Shown here: in pieces, positions 13,155 to 24,187 of the stretch
Position numbering within the stretch: position 1 is the stretch's first letter
Layout: each line of letters begins with the position of its first letter
DNA from: Sarea resinae
Taxonomy: Eukaryota
Direction: 5' to 3'
Assembly: GCA_026026165.1 (NCBI GenBank)
Contig: JAPEUD010000042.1
Location: 62,001-126,000, forward strand
DNA: 64,000 nt
Made by a program: the position numbers and the translations under genes
The notes under the pieces: generated by a model
The model's database searches: none
Told to the model about the DNA's origin: nothing
Seen by the model: the letters and a program-made list of their open reading frames with translations, nothing else

Positions 13155-14198
13155 ATGGCCGCCGCAGCACCAGCAGCAGAAGCAGCTGCGGTCTATCCCC
13201 CGCTCTCTCAACGGCCAATCGCGAACACCGTCTGCCTCTTTGATGTCGACGACACCCTTACCCCCGCTAGACGTGTATGTTTCCGTTTGATCAATTAGAA
13301 CTTCTTTTGGCCCCAGCTCAACTTCCAATTTCCCTTTCCTCGATCTAACATGCCTCCAATCTAGTCCGTCTCCCCGCAAATGCTCTCCCTCCTCTCCTCG
13401 CTCCGCCACAAAGTCGCCATCGGATACATCAGCGGCTCCGACCTCATCAAGCAACAAGAGCAACTCGGCACGCCCTCGCTCCCGGTGACATCGCTCTTCG
13501 ATTTCTGCTTCGCGGAGAACGGACTGACGGCGTACCGCATGGGCGTGCAGCTGGCCTCGCAGTCGTTCATCCAGTGGATCGGCGAGGAGAACTACAAGCG
13601 CATGGTCAACTTCATGCTGCACTACATTGCGGACATGGACATCCCCGTCAAGCGGGGCACGTTTATCGAGTTCCGAAACGGCATGGTCAATGTGAGCCCA
13701 ATCGGGCGTAATGCGACTGTCGAGGAGAGGCACGCGTTCAATGCGTTCGATCAGACGCACAAGGTCCGCGAGAAGTTTGTCGCCGTCCTGAGGGAAAAGT
13801 TTGCCGATTTGGGCTTGACGTACGTTGTCGCCTCTACCTCGTTTGTTTTTTTCAGTTTCAAATACGCAATGGTCGAGACGACCGAAGCGATGTCCCTCAA
13901 ACTCGAGTCATGATGAATAACTGACGCCCGGTTATGACTATTCAGATTCTCAATCGGCGGCCAAATCTCCTTTGACGTCTTCCCAACGGGCTGGGACAAG
14001 ACGTACTGCCTGCAGCATATCCAAGCCGAGGCGCAGGCCGCTGACCCCGTCAACTACACCGCCATCCATTTCTTTGGCGACAAGACGGCCAAGGGTGGCA
14101 ACGACTACGAAATCTTCGAGGATCCGCGCACCATCGGCCACACGGTCACGAGTCCCGAGGACACGGCGAAGCAGCTGCGCGAGCTGTTTGATCTCTAG
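13155..14198 (+). CDS. SEC53: Phosphomannomutase (HAD family); exons 13155-13274, 13365-13819, 13946-14198
   Basis: [65 protein letters not shown] and [16 protein letters not shown]. The introns splice in frame. Confidence 0.96.
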
Positions 14199-14882
14199 AG
14201 GAAGAGTAAAGCGAGGAAGTGCGATGAGGGAGAGGACGGGATGGGATGGATGGGACGTGTTAGCGAGGCAGAGCAAATACTGGGAAATGGGGAAAAGGGG
14301 AAGGGGGCGTGATCTGAATTGAAAATCATCAGATATTCAAAGCCAATTGCTTTTCTGTCTTTCTTTTTCTGGCTCCGCATCTGATACTCGCGATCGAGAA
14401 CCATTGTCCAAAAATATCATCATAGCATCCTCGCCGGGTAATCGGCCATCCAATGCAGCCGACATACCTTTTCCTTCGTCGTGTCTCGTCTCGACTGGTC
14501 TCTTGGCTTGGCTCGCTCGCGTCGGAAGAAGAACATCTCATCCCTTTTTTCCTGGTACTTTAGATAGAGAGAGAGAATTGCAAAGAAATGCATGACTAGA
14601 ATCTCTCAGCGCAGCTGAACCGTCGAGATCTCATCTCTTCTTTTCCTTCGAGGGGTAAAGCCTGGGCGATTCTCCGGAACCTTTCCCCTTTGACCCTTTA
14701 CCATTGACCCTGTTTCATCTTCGCCACGCTCTCTGAACAGGGGGAAAACGGAAAGGGAGCTCGCCATTCTTCTCTCTCTCTCTCTCTCTTTCTCTATCAC
14801 TTTTAGGATATATGCATGTCTTTTCTTTCTACTCATCTATCTATCTAGCTACCTAGCTATCTAATTACCTACCTCCAGAAGC

Positions 14883-14912
14883 CCATCTCCATCTCCATCT
14901 CCATCTCCATCT
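14883..14912. repeat. (CCATCT)n microsatellite within a simple-repeat-rich intergenic region
   Basis: About 5 copies of ccatct. Nearby are (TC)n at ~14770 and (CCTTA)4 at 15021-15040. Confidence 0.8.
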
Positions 14913-16678
14913 CAAGACCAAGACCACAACCATTCTTACTCCCGCCCACCAAGTACCCACCCACCCACCTTAAATCAGTGAGAGAAGAACAGGCGGATTT
15001 TGTGAACATCGTCTTTGGTACCTTACCTTACCTTACCTTAGGTAAATCGAGATAGCTGAAGCACTAGCTAGGTAGGTAGGTGAATAAGGTAAGAGGTTGG
15101 CAGGTAGGTAGATACCCCTCTCTTTCGGCGTAAGACTACCAAGCTAATACGCTCGACCACTTTATCACTGGTCAGATGTGTGAATACGTCGCGATCTCAT
15201 GACCTACCACAGAGAGGAGAGCAGATAACAGGGCGGGGCTATGAACATGCTAGAGGCCTGGGGAGAGAACTCGGGAGAGAGCTCGGGCTCGGGCTAGACT
15301 ATATGGCCAACCAACTTACTGCTAGGTACTAATCTTATCTTTGTAATACTGTCACTATAAGCCAGTAGGTATGTAGGCCTGGTTATCAGCGGCGGGGATA
15401 GGGGGTATGGAATTGGATATTAGATCGCAACTTTCCACGCTACGCTCTACGCTCCTACGCTCTAGAAGCGAGTCTCGAGTCCTGAGGGTAGAGTCTTGAT
15501 ATAAAGTAAGTCCCGCTTGGGGCCCTTGAGATCTTGTAGCTGAGGGGTCTTCGTTCGGACTCGCTGTTTTGGCAGAGACTTGATGAGAGCGTACGCAGTA
15601 GATGAGACGGGGGGAATCTGGAGTGTCTGGATGGATAAGGTAGATAGCGGTCTGCGGTTTTCTATCGACTGCGTAATTCTAGAGCCGAAAATGAAAACAG
15701 CGTGGACAAAGTCGGCGGTTGACTTACCCTGAAACAGCAGTCGAGCGCACAGGCTTCCAATTATTCTACCGCTTTCTTCCCACAGATTGGTAGCCTGCAT
15801 CCGCATGCCCAGCACGTAGCGGACAAGGCTGCGCGCCGACAAGGGGAGAGTCCCTGGCCATCAAACAAAGGAAAGCAAACCTCCCGCCAACGAATACCCA
15901 GCCAGCCAATCATTCCTCCACCCCATCTCCGCCAGCGTGAAAGAGCATGAAAAGCGTAGAATCTTCTCGTGAAGGAGTGATTTCAGTTTGCTCTCACGTT
16001 CGAGGGGCGCGCGCATAGTAAATCTGATAGCGATCACAGACTCCCCCGTCCCCTTCCTCGTCGCCGCATGGCAACGGTAGCTGGCATGAAGCACGCGGTT
16101 CAGCCTTAAATGGAACGCACGTCACACACCCACACCCACACTCTTTCTCTCACACAGGGCTGAGGGCTGTCAGACCAAGCGCACGTCCACTGCTCTGCAT
16201 GTATCGTACCTGCATTGGCGCAGCAAACTAGGACTAGCGACTCGAGTCAGCACCGTTGAACCCTTGCAACCTCTACCTTAATTAAACGAGGCGCGCACTC
16301 GGTCCGAGCCGAGACCCTGTGCTTTTCCATACCTACTCTAAGGTACCGAAGCTTTCCACCCACCCACCCACCAACAACATACCCAGCCTCCCCGGATTTT
16401 CATCTGGCGCATACTCCACATACTCTGGTACCCACCCGATCTACCTGCCTAGGTTGGTAACTTAGCTTGGTACCTCGATCTTTGAGTGCTCTTCTCTTTG
16501 AGGCACTGTATCTCGCCGATTGATTTTCCTGAGCTCATCGACACATATTGATTGATCAATACAGCTCCGTGGTACCGTACTCCTGGTTTTCTCTTTACTG
16601 ATTCCCCTTATCTCCTCGTTCCGATCCAGAACGTCGATCGCGTGTCTGATCCAAGGTAGGAGCACGCTCCGATCGAAG

Positions 16679-19314
16679 ATGTCTTCGTCATCGGCAACCT
16701 TTATGAATCTCGATCCTCCTGAGGACTCGGGTGATGATCGAAAGGATTTCAAGCTCGACGACCAAGTCGATGAAGATGTAGTGATGGCCGGGTAAGTCCA
16801 TCTCCTTTTCATGTCTTTGCTATGAACCTTGGGCTGGTGCTCACCTCGAGTCTGGCCTGCTCTCGGAAGCTCGGTCAGATCTCATTCGACTCTCTTCTGT
16901 GCTGCCTTTCTTTCATGGCCTGACCTCGTATGTCCAACAGAACCAGAGACCAGAAGAAACATCCTTTGGTTCAGGACCAAGTGATGGGGTAAGTAGTTCT
17001 CTTCTCTTCTCAAACTCCTAATCAGCTGAGATGGTGTCTCGTCTCGAGTCTTTTCCTGCTTATCCAATCCCATTCTCATGATCTAATTTCGTACCTTGGA
17101 TAGCACCGATGGAATGGCGAACATACTTGTGACCGCAGTTTCGGAGGCACTAGAAAGCCTAGGGTAAGCAGATCTCCTTTTCTTTCCCGCTCTGAAGCTC
17201 CGAGCCGGTCCGATCTCGGACTCGAGTCTGATCCTGCTTCATCCATGCTATCTCCTCCTGAGCTGACCTCGTGAGCCAAGCAGTACCGATAGCAATGAAG
17301 GTGGCAGTGACCATGGGGATCAGCTGGAGGGCGATTCAAGTCATGAGGACGACATGTCGTAAGCTCAAGCCCCCCCGACCGAATCCCCTTTCCTTCTCTT
17401 GAAGCTCGGAACAATCTCATCTCGAGTCCGGTCCTGCGTCTTGATTCCTCATCTTGTGATCTAACGTGGGGTGTCGAATAGTCTGGAGGAGGACAATAAT
17501 CAAGGAGGTACAGCGGTTGCTTCAGCGGCCACGGCTTCTACTGTCGAAGAGGCTGTCGAAGAGGGACCGAATGAGTATGAACAGAGAGTGTAAGTGGGAC
17601 TTTCTTTCCTCCTTTCCTTTTTTCCTTTTTTCGGCCCTTATTGCTTGACCTCTTGAATATCCATGCATCAGCAAAAAAGGAGTGCTTGCTCATGGCGAAC
17701 AGTGCGAGAATGAGGGCCGAAAACCAAAAGTTGCTCAGTGACCTCGCGACTAGCGTTGCGGCAGTGAAACAGCCAGCCAAGGCTCCGGTGCCCACGATCA
17801 AGAAACGCAAGTCCCCTTTGAACATCGAAGTGCCAGCTTCCAGTCGCCGACGTTCGACTCGCATCCAGGCGCGGGAACTGGAAATAGCGCAAGAGGCTAA
17901 AATCGCCAAAGACCTCCCCGGCACGAAGGGTCCAGATACTCTGCTAGACGATGCCGCGGAAGGGATCGAGCAGGGCGTGAAGAAACGCTTCGTAGCCCGA
18001 AAAGTGGCCAAATTGCCTAAAGTCGACCGAGAGCCGTACGCCGCGCTCGGAACATATCGGGTGATCGCCGAGCGTCCCATCAATGGCCAGTACATCGACC
18101 ATGGCATTCGTGACGAACAGCAACCGACCCCTCCAGGAACAACAGAGGTCACTCCCATGCCCGAAGAAGAGGCGAGCGGAAGCCAATCTCTTGAGGCGGA
18201 TGGCCGAACGAGGACAGTACTGGAGGACGAAGATCTAGTAGCTTCGAAAGTGTTCGGGGAGATTGCAAATGTGCCAGTCGGAACCTGGTGGGAAAAGAGG
18301 ACTGGACCGCATGCGGCTCTCATCCATCGCGGATTGGTTAAGGGAATCTTCGCAGGAGAAGAGGGCTGTTATTCAGTCGTCCTATCAGGAGGCTACGACG
18401 ACGACCTCGATGAGGGAGAATCGTTTACCTACACGGGTGAAGGAGGCAGGGACCTCAACAGAGATCCGGTGACTGGAAAGCCGAGAGACCTGAGGACGGC
18501 TGCTCAATCGAAGCCACAGATCATGTCGGGCGGCAACCTGGCTTTGAAAATAAACTGCCAAACTGGAAGGCCCGTCCGGGTCGTTCGTGGTTACAAGGGC
18601 CGTAACATTTGGTCTCCTTCGAATGGGTATCGATACGATGGCGTAAGTCCTCAGTATGAACGCGTTGTCCTTGCTTGAGAGCGTGACCGTGAGAATGAGG
18701 TGTCCGTGAGGGGTAGAGAGGCTGACGATGTGTTTCTGGTGTGATAGCTGTACGAAGTAAGAAAGGTTTGGTGTGATGCGGGGATTGCTGGATTTCCAGT
18801 ATTTCGTTACGAACTGGTGCGCCTCCAGGGCCAAGCACCCATCGATCTGACCGGTAAGAGAACTCTTCCTTCCTTCTCTCTCTTCTCGTCGAGAGGTAGC
18901 CGTCAGTTGGAATCGTACTGACGAAGATGAATAGCCGGACCTGGGAGCTGGTCCCAGCCCGCGTTGGACGTGATTAGGGATAGAGCGGCGAAGGCAGCGG
19001 CAGCTTCAGCCACACCACGCGTAGCAGTGCCCAAGGCCAAGGGCGGTAAGGCCGTGAAGGATGATAAAGAGGTCACAAAGAATGCCGCTCCGCCGATTCC
19101 TCGGGCTGCTTCGTCGATTCCTCGGGCCATGCTCAATATGATCAACCAGGTGGGCAGTTCAGAGCCTCTAGATGAAGAGGAGGAGGAGGAGAAGATTCCT
19201 ATCAAGGCGGAGCGTGATAGGTATCATGATGATTTCGAACTGCAGGATCCGACCGGCGGTTCACTGGGCACACCCAAGGTCATCAAGAAAGAGTTTACCG
19301 AAGAGGATGCTTAG
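16679..19314 (+). CDS. SRA-YDG (UHRF1-type methylcytosine-binding) domain protein; exons 16679-16791, 16941-16988, 17104-17163, 17284-17358, 17482-17589, 17703-18642, 18748-18853, 18935-19314
   Basis: SRA motifs FGEIANVPVGTWW, YSVVLSGGYDDDLDEGESFTYTGEGGRDL, LRTAAQSKPQ, NLALKINCQTGRPVRVVRG and GYRYDG|LYEV. All 7 introns are GTAAG..AG and splice without stops, giving EYEQRVARMRAENQKLL across the exon 5/6 junction. The 5' exons are manual predictions. Confidence 0.85.
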
Positions 19315-19819
19315 CGAGATCTGATGGAGGAAGTGAATCCTCTCACTGTCACCGACTGCGGACATTGGACGAGGTGACGTGTTGTGATCACGAGTGTTTG
19401 GCGGCTACTCCGCGTGGCGGCTCGACGGAAGCGCTCTTCGGAGCCGACTTCCAAGGTCGGCAGGCTCGTTGGTGTGGCCGACAGCTGGAGGTGTTGGCCA
19501 TCTCGTTTTGTTCCCTGCGCATCAACAGAGCGTTGATGATCCCTCGATAGCCTAGATAGCGTAGATAGTTTAGATAGTTTAGATAGTCTCTCGTCGCCGC
19601 GTCGGTTCTTCTTCTTCTTCCGCGATGGCCTCGGCCAGAGCGACATTGGGCATACGACACGGATAGGGTACGGTACGGCAAAAGAGGGGAGGGTAGGGCA
19701 GGGGAGGATAGCGTTTGTGGGCGACTTGGTGCGGACTGGAAACTTGATAATCCCTTAGATAGTTTCTCATGATCTCTCTCTCTGCTCTGACTTCCCGGCT
19801 GCTTTTGGACATCTGCCAC

Positions 19820-20944
19820 TCACAACTTATTACCCCTCACCACCGCTCCCGCTACCGCTCCCTCCAACACCTCCCGGACCCCGCCCCTCGCCCTCTCGAC
19901 AATCGTCCTAGCAGGCACGATGCCGCCCCGCACAAGTCCTACTCCCGTCCCCGCATACGCCGCCACCCTGCCCTCTTTTCTCTTCTTGTCCTCTTCCCAG
20001 CCCAACCAGCCCTCATCCCCTCTTCTCATAGCCTCCGCATAGAGTCTTCTGGTCTCCGCCTCATCCACCCCGCGCTCCGCGTCCTCGAAGCTCGCATTGA
20101 TGACCCCCCTAGCATTGTATGACTCCGGCCACACTGTGCCCCGTAACCGATCGTACACGCTCGTCCGCACCGTGCTCTGTCCCCCGTCTCTAGCATGCAA
20201 GACTGTCTCTCTGTATCCTTTCGCCACCGCTGCTTCCTCGGCCACTAAGAAAGCCGTCCCCATTGCGGCTCCCTGCGCCCCTAACGCCAACGCGGCCGCC
20301 ACACCCCGATGGTCCGCTATTCCCCCGGTTGCGATCAAGGGGATGGATAGCTCTGCAGCGGCCAACGCATCGTGGACTTCTGGGACCAAGGATACTATGC
20401 TGGCACCTCGTGCAAGGCCATGCCCGCCTGCATCTGTGCCTTGAAGGACGAGGGCGTCGGGCGCGCAGGTGTGGGCGGCATGGAGGGCGGTGCTCAGGGA
20501 GCCCACTTGCATGATGATCTGAGGGGCGGGCTGAATGGAAGCGCGGAGGACACTGGTCCAGTGAGCTAGGGACGACGGGTTGGAGGAGCTATTCGACGAC
20601 GAGGAAGGGGAAGAAGAAGGAGGGGCAAAGAGCCAGATCGCGGCTGGGGGGTTCTCTCTCAGCGCCTCGACCAGATCTTCGACCTTCAAAGCCCACGTGA
20701 TCACTCCTACGCCAATAGGCAGCGGCGAGATGGATGCATTGGCAATGGGCCCTTTTTCGAGTAGTTCCCGAGCATGTCGGAGACTGGTGGCCAGCGTGCT
20801 GGTGTCTGTGCCTCCGGCCAGGAAGCCCAGTCCGCCTGCTCTTGAGACGGCGACGGCAAGGGCAGCGGTCGAGATGAGGCGCATAGGGGCGGACACAATC
20901 AGGGGAGACTGCGTCCACGGGTAGGCTGATTGGAGGGAGGTCAT
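19820..20944 (-). CDS. Nitronate monooxygenase / 2-nitropropane dioxygenase family (FMN TIM barrel)
   Basis: YPWTQSPLIVSAPM, AVSRAGGLGFL, LVLQGTDAGGHG, IATGGIADHRGVAAALALGA and YAGTGVGLV. First ATG at 20944. Confidence 0.9.
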   Translation of the reverse strand: MTSLQSAYPWTQSPLIVSAPMRLISTAALAVAVSRAGGLGFLAGGTDTSTLATSLRHARELLEKGPIANASISPLPIGVGVITWALKVEDLVEALRENPPAAIWLFAPPSSSPSSSSNSSSNPSSLAHWTSVLRASIQPAPQIIMQVGSLSTALHAAHTCAPDALVLQGTDAGGHGLARGASIVSLVPEVHDALAAAELSIPLIATGGIADHRGVAAALALGAQGAAMGTAFLVAEEAAVAKGYRETVLHARDGGQSTVRTSVYDRLRGTVWPESYNARGVINASFEDAERGVDEAETRRLYAEAMRRGDEGWLGWEEDKKRKEGRVAAYAGTGVGLVRGGIVPARTIVERARGGVREVLEGAVAGAVVRGNKL

Positions 20945-21657
20945 GATGGTGATTATAGAAGCGTGAGGGATGAGGAAACTGGCACCGGTGCACTTGTATG
21001 ATGGATGACTTTGGAACAATGACTCGACTGGCTTCTCTTATTCTAAAGTATCCACGTCTGCTCCTTCTGGCCGAATGGCGTGCCCTCTATATGACGACGA
21101 CGACGATGAGCTCCCGAAGAGAAAGGCCGAGGAGAAAGCTCCAGGCTTTCTCCGGATCTCTGGGATGAGGTGTGGAGAGTGGAGAAGGAGGCCCCGGGGG
21201 TGATCACATCTGCCCCACGACGGTCCCTCGGTCATCATAGCCGAGATTTATGTAAGCCAGCCCCGGAGGAGAACGGCGATCCTGGAACAAAGAAGGGCCG
21301 GTTTGGACGCGGCCGTGCACCCCAGTGCAGTGACGGCCCCAGTGACGGGATATCTTCATCTTCATCTTCATCTTCCTCTTCATCTGCATCTGCAGCTTCA
21401 CCCTCATCCTGATGCTCCCCCTCTTCACCAGATCAGTGCTCCCTCCGCACTATAAAACGGCGCCCTGAGCCGCCCCTTCCTTCTTCTCTCGACACCCTCT
21501 CCACCATCTCGAAAGCCTCCATTCTTCTCGCTTCAACCCCGCCGGCTCTTGACACGAAAGAACAACAGAGAACTGCATTTGCGCCTCGCCAAACGCTGTT
21601 GCTCAACGACGATAAAAGACATCCACAACAACTTGTGTTACATATTGAACGGCAAAC

Positions 21658-22916
21658 ATGAATGCTCCAGATAGGTAAGCTCCCTTGATCTCTCTACATA
21701 TTCCTTTTCCCTCCTGGCTCTCGGCGGTCGCTCTTCCCGGACTCGAGGAGGCCGTTCTGGATGGTTCCTTTGTCGACGTTGATCGCGGACGATGCACGAT
21801 GTTGTCGAGAAGTGGCTACCAGCTTTCGAAACATGAAAGAGCCATGCATTGCTGGCCTGGGCGCAACATCTATATGGATCCATGGAGCAACCACATGTGC
21901 GCTGAAGGCGTGGACGAGCTCGCCATGCGACTCGACGCAACTCGACTCGACTCGACATCCGTCAAGCAAACCTCTGAAGGAATGCAAACGCCGCCCAATG
22001 CAGACGACGGATTCAAACAGTACATCTAAAGTCGCTGATGCTTCGAACATCCATTCACTCCCTCAACTCGGCGAGCTATAAAAAAAGGCCGCTCCTCACC
22101 TCGTCCATCCCTTCTTCTTTCTTTTACAACCTCATACCTCTCACCTTCCAAATCAATTTCCTGTTTCATATCAATCCTCTACACCAACATTCAAAAGATA
22201 CAGCGATCCTCAAAGATGGCCGAGACTCCGGGTTTTAACCACCACAAGATCGTCGCCAAGGACACGGCCGGCTCGTCATCCTCCCAAGATGACTCTCACC
22301 TCCACATCCAGCCCGGGCAGCAGAGCCTGGCTCTCCAGAACGCCGTCGAGAGCAGCCACGTCGCAACTCCTGACCATGGCGAGTCTAACATCCCTTCTAG
22401 ATTCGAGCTTTTCCTCCTCGGACCCGGCGAGCATAAAGTTGATTGCGAGGTCGACACCCGTAAGTCTTCCGCTCCTCTCCTCTACCTCACCTCACCTCAC
22501 CTTTGCCTCCTCACACCATACCATTTACCTCTCTCTCACTCTTTGTACCATCACCACCGATCCAAAAGCAAAAGACTAACCTCCAAATTTCCCCAACCTC
22601 AGGCATCCCCAACTCCATGATGTTCACCTTCCACAAGGAAGACCACACGCTCGGCAACCTGCTCCGCTCGCGCCTTCTCACGAGCCCCCACGTGTATTTC
22701 TCCGCCTACCGCGTGCCGCACCCGCTCGTATCAGACTTCGAGCTCCGCATCCAGACGGACGGCGAGATTACCCCCAAGGCTGCCCTTGTCCAGGCCTGCC
22801 GCGACATCGTCCAGGACCTTGGCAAGCTCGGCCGCGAGTTCACCAAGGAGTGGGAGTTGAGGCGCATGGTGACCCAGGAGGGCCAGCGTGGTGCCGGTGC
22901 CGGTGGAGATGTTTAG
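21658..22916 (+). CDS. RPB11: RNA polymerase II subunit Rpb11; exons 21658-21674, 22401-22459, 22603-22916
   Basis: Spliced product MNAPDR|FELFLLGPGEHKVDCEVDT|RIPNSMMFTFHKEDHTLGNLLRSRLL...AYRVPHPL...RIQTDG...FTKEW matches the Rpb11 signature. Donor GTAAGC at 21675, branch CTAAC at 22385, acceptor TAG ending at 22400. Confidence 0.93.
22077..22215 (+). promoter_or_regulatory. Putative internal promoter and 5'UTR inside RPB11 intron 1
   Basis: TATAAAAAAA at 22077, then a CT/CA-rich leader and ctcaaagATGG at 22216, in frame with exon 2. Confidence 0.5.
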
Positions 22917-24187
22917 GTCGGCTGGTCTGTGTGGGTCTGCGTTGAGCGGAGCTGCAGAGGTCTTTTGAGGTTTGCTTAGAAGGCAATGGGGGCTGGGTTG
23001 CAGCGGTGGTGACGATGAAGGAGGATTAGTTTCGGGGAAAGGGGATAGTCGTGGATGGTCACTCAATCCAAATCAACCAAGGCAGCCTCGTCCTGGCGCC
23101 CGCGGATTTGCCTTTTCTTACGGTTTTCTTCCATCTTTCTTCCCTACTTCCTTTCTATCTTTCTGCTCACTTCTTTTCTTCCTTCCCTTCTCCTTCTTTA
23201 CAACCTCGATCCCTCCTTTCTTCATTCCACTGGACTCACTCATCACCACCACGATACCTTTCCCTCAGCACGCCACCCCAGCGTGTCAGTCAAGTCGGCT
23301 CAAGCGCCCATCTCACACCCACGGCGTCTATCTGCAACCACATCCAAATTCGGGGCGTTCTAAAAGCGATCTAGCACCAAAAAAAAGAAGATATTTCAAC
23401 AAACTCCACAAAACCACACATGACGGTTACGGGGCCGGGCGGGGCCGACTACGGTTTTCTACGGCCTACAGGATTTCGGGGACTTTTTTCCTTTTCTCTT
23501 TTCCATGAAACGGGGGCATTTGAGAGGTTTAGATAGTCATCTCAAATCAAATCCAATCAGATCCGATCAAACCCGATCAAATCCGATATTGCTCGTTCTT
23601 TTCGGACTCTTCGTGGGCTACGACTGGTGACTAGTGATAATTGACTGGCTGAATGACAACTGATAATTGACTACTACTGAGTGACCGACTATTTATCTAT
23701 TGGGATTTTCTAACTATCTATCAGTGGATAGGAGATGGAGGTGGAGGAGAAGGAGGGAGAGTATGATGATGATAGTGATTATGTGAGAATCCCGATGGGT
23801 GATGTCAAGTGCCATAAAGTATATTCACATGGCTGTTTCACTATCACTTTCATCTTCACTTTCATCTTCAGCTTTCCTTCACTTTTCACCCTCCACCTTG
23901 CAACTTCCATTGATTCCTCTGTAGGTAGCAACGTAGGTATAGGTATTGCGTATCAAACAAGACAGGGTTCCAATTTCGACTATTATCAAATCTTATTCAA
24001 TCTAGGTACACTCGCATCGCACCACTTCGCATCGCTTTGCATCGCATTTCCATTTTTCATGCCCATGACCCACCACTTCCAAATATAGGGCCAAACCCTT
24101 CCCCCCCCCCCTCTCTCTCTCCATCGCTCCATCTCTCCCTCCTTGCCATTCATTCATCACTCAATTCACGAACGACATCGACGACAA

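Noticed and set aside
13240..13260. PMM catalytic motif reads DVDDT instead of DVDGT
   Set aside because: Both catalytic Asp residues of DxDx(T/V) are intact, and the fourth position varies among fungal PMMs.
19553..19587. Short tandem TAGATAG(C/T) repeats, and similar repeat runs elsewhere, as a CRISPR-like array
   Set aside because: 9-nt minisatellite without unique spacers, in a eukaryotic context with no cas genes.
22216..22916. Calling this gene RPC19/AC19
   Set aside because: MNAPDRFELFLL and AYRVPHPL...RIQTDG...FTKEW are Rpb11-type signatures.
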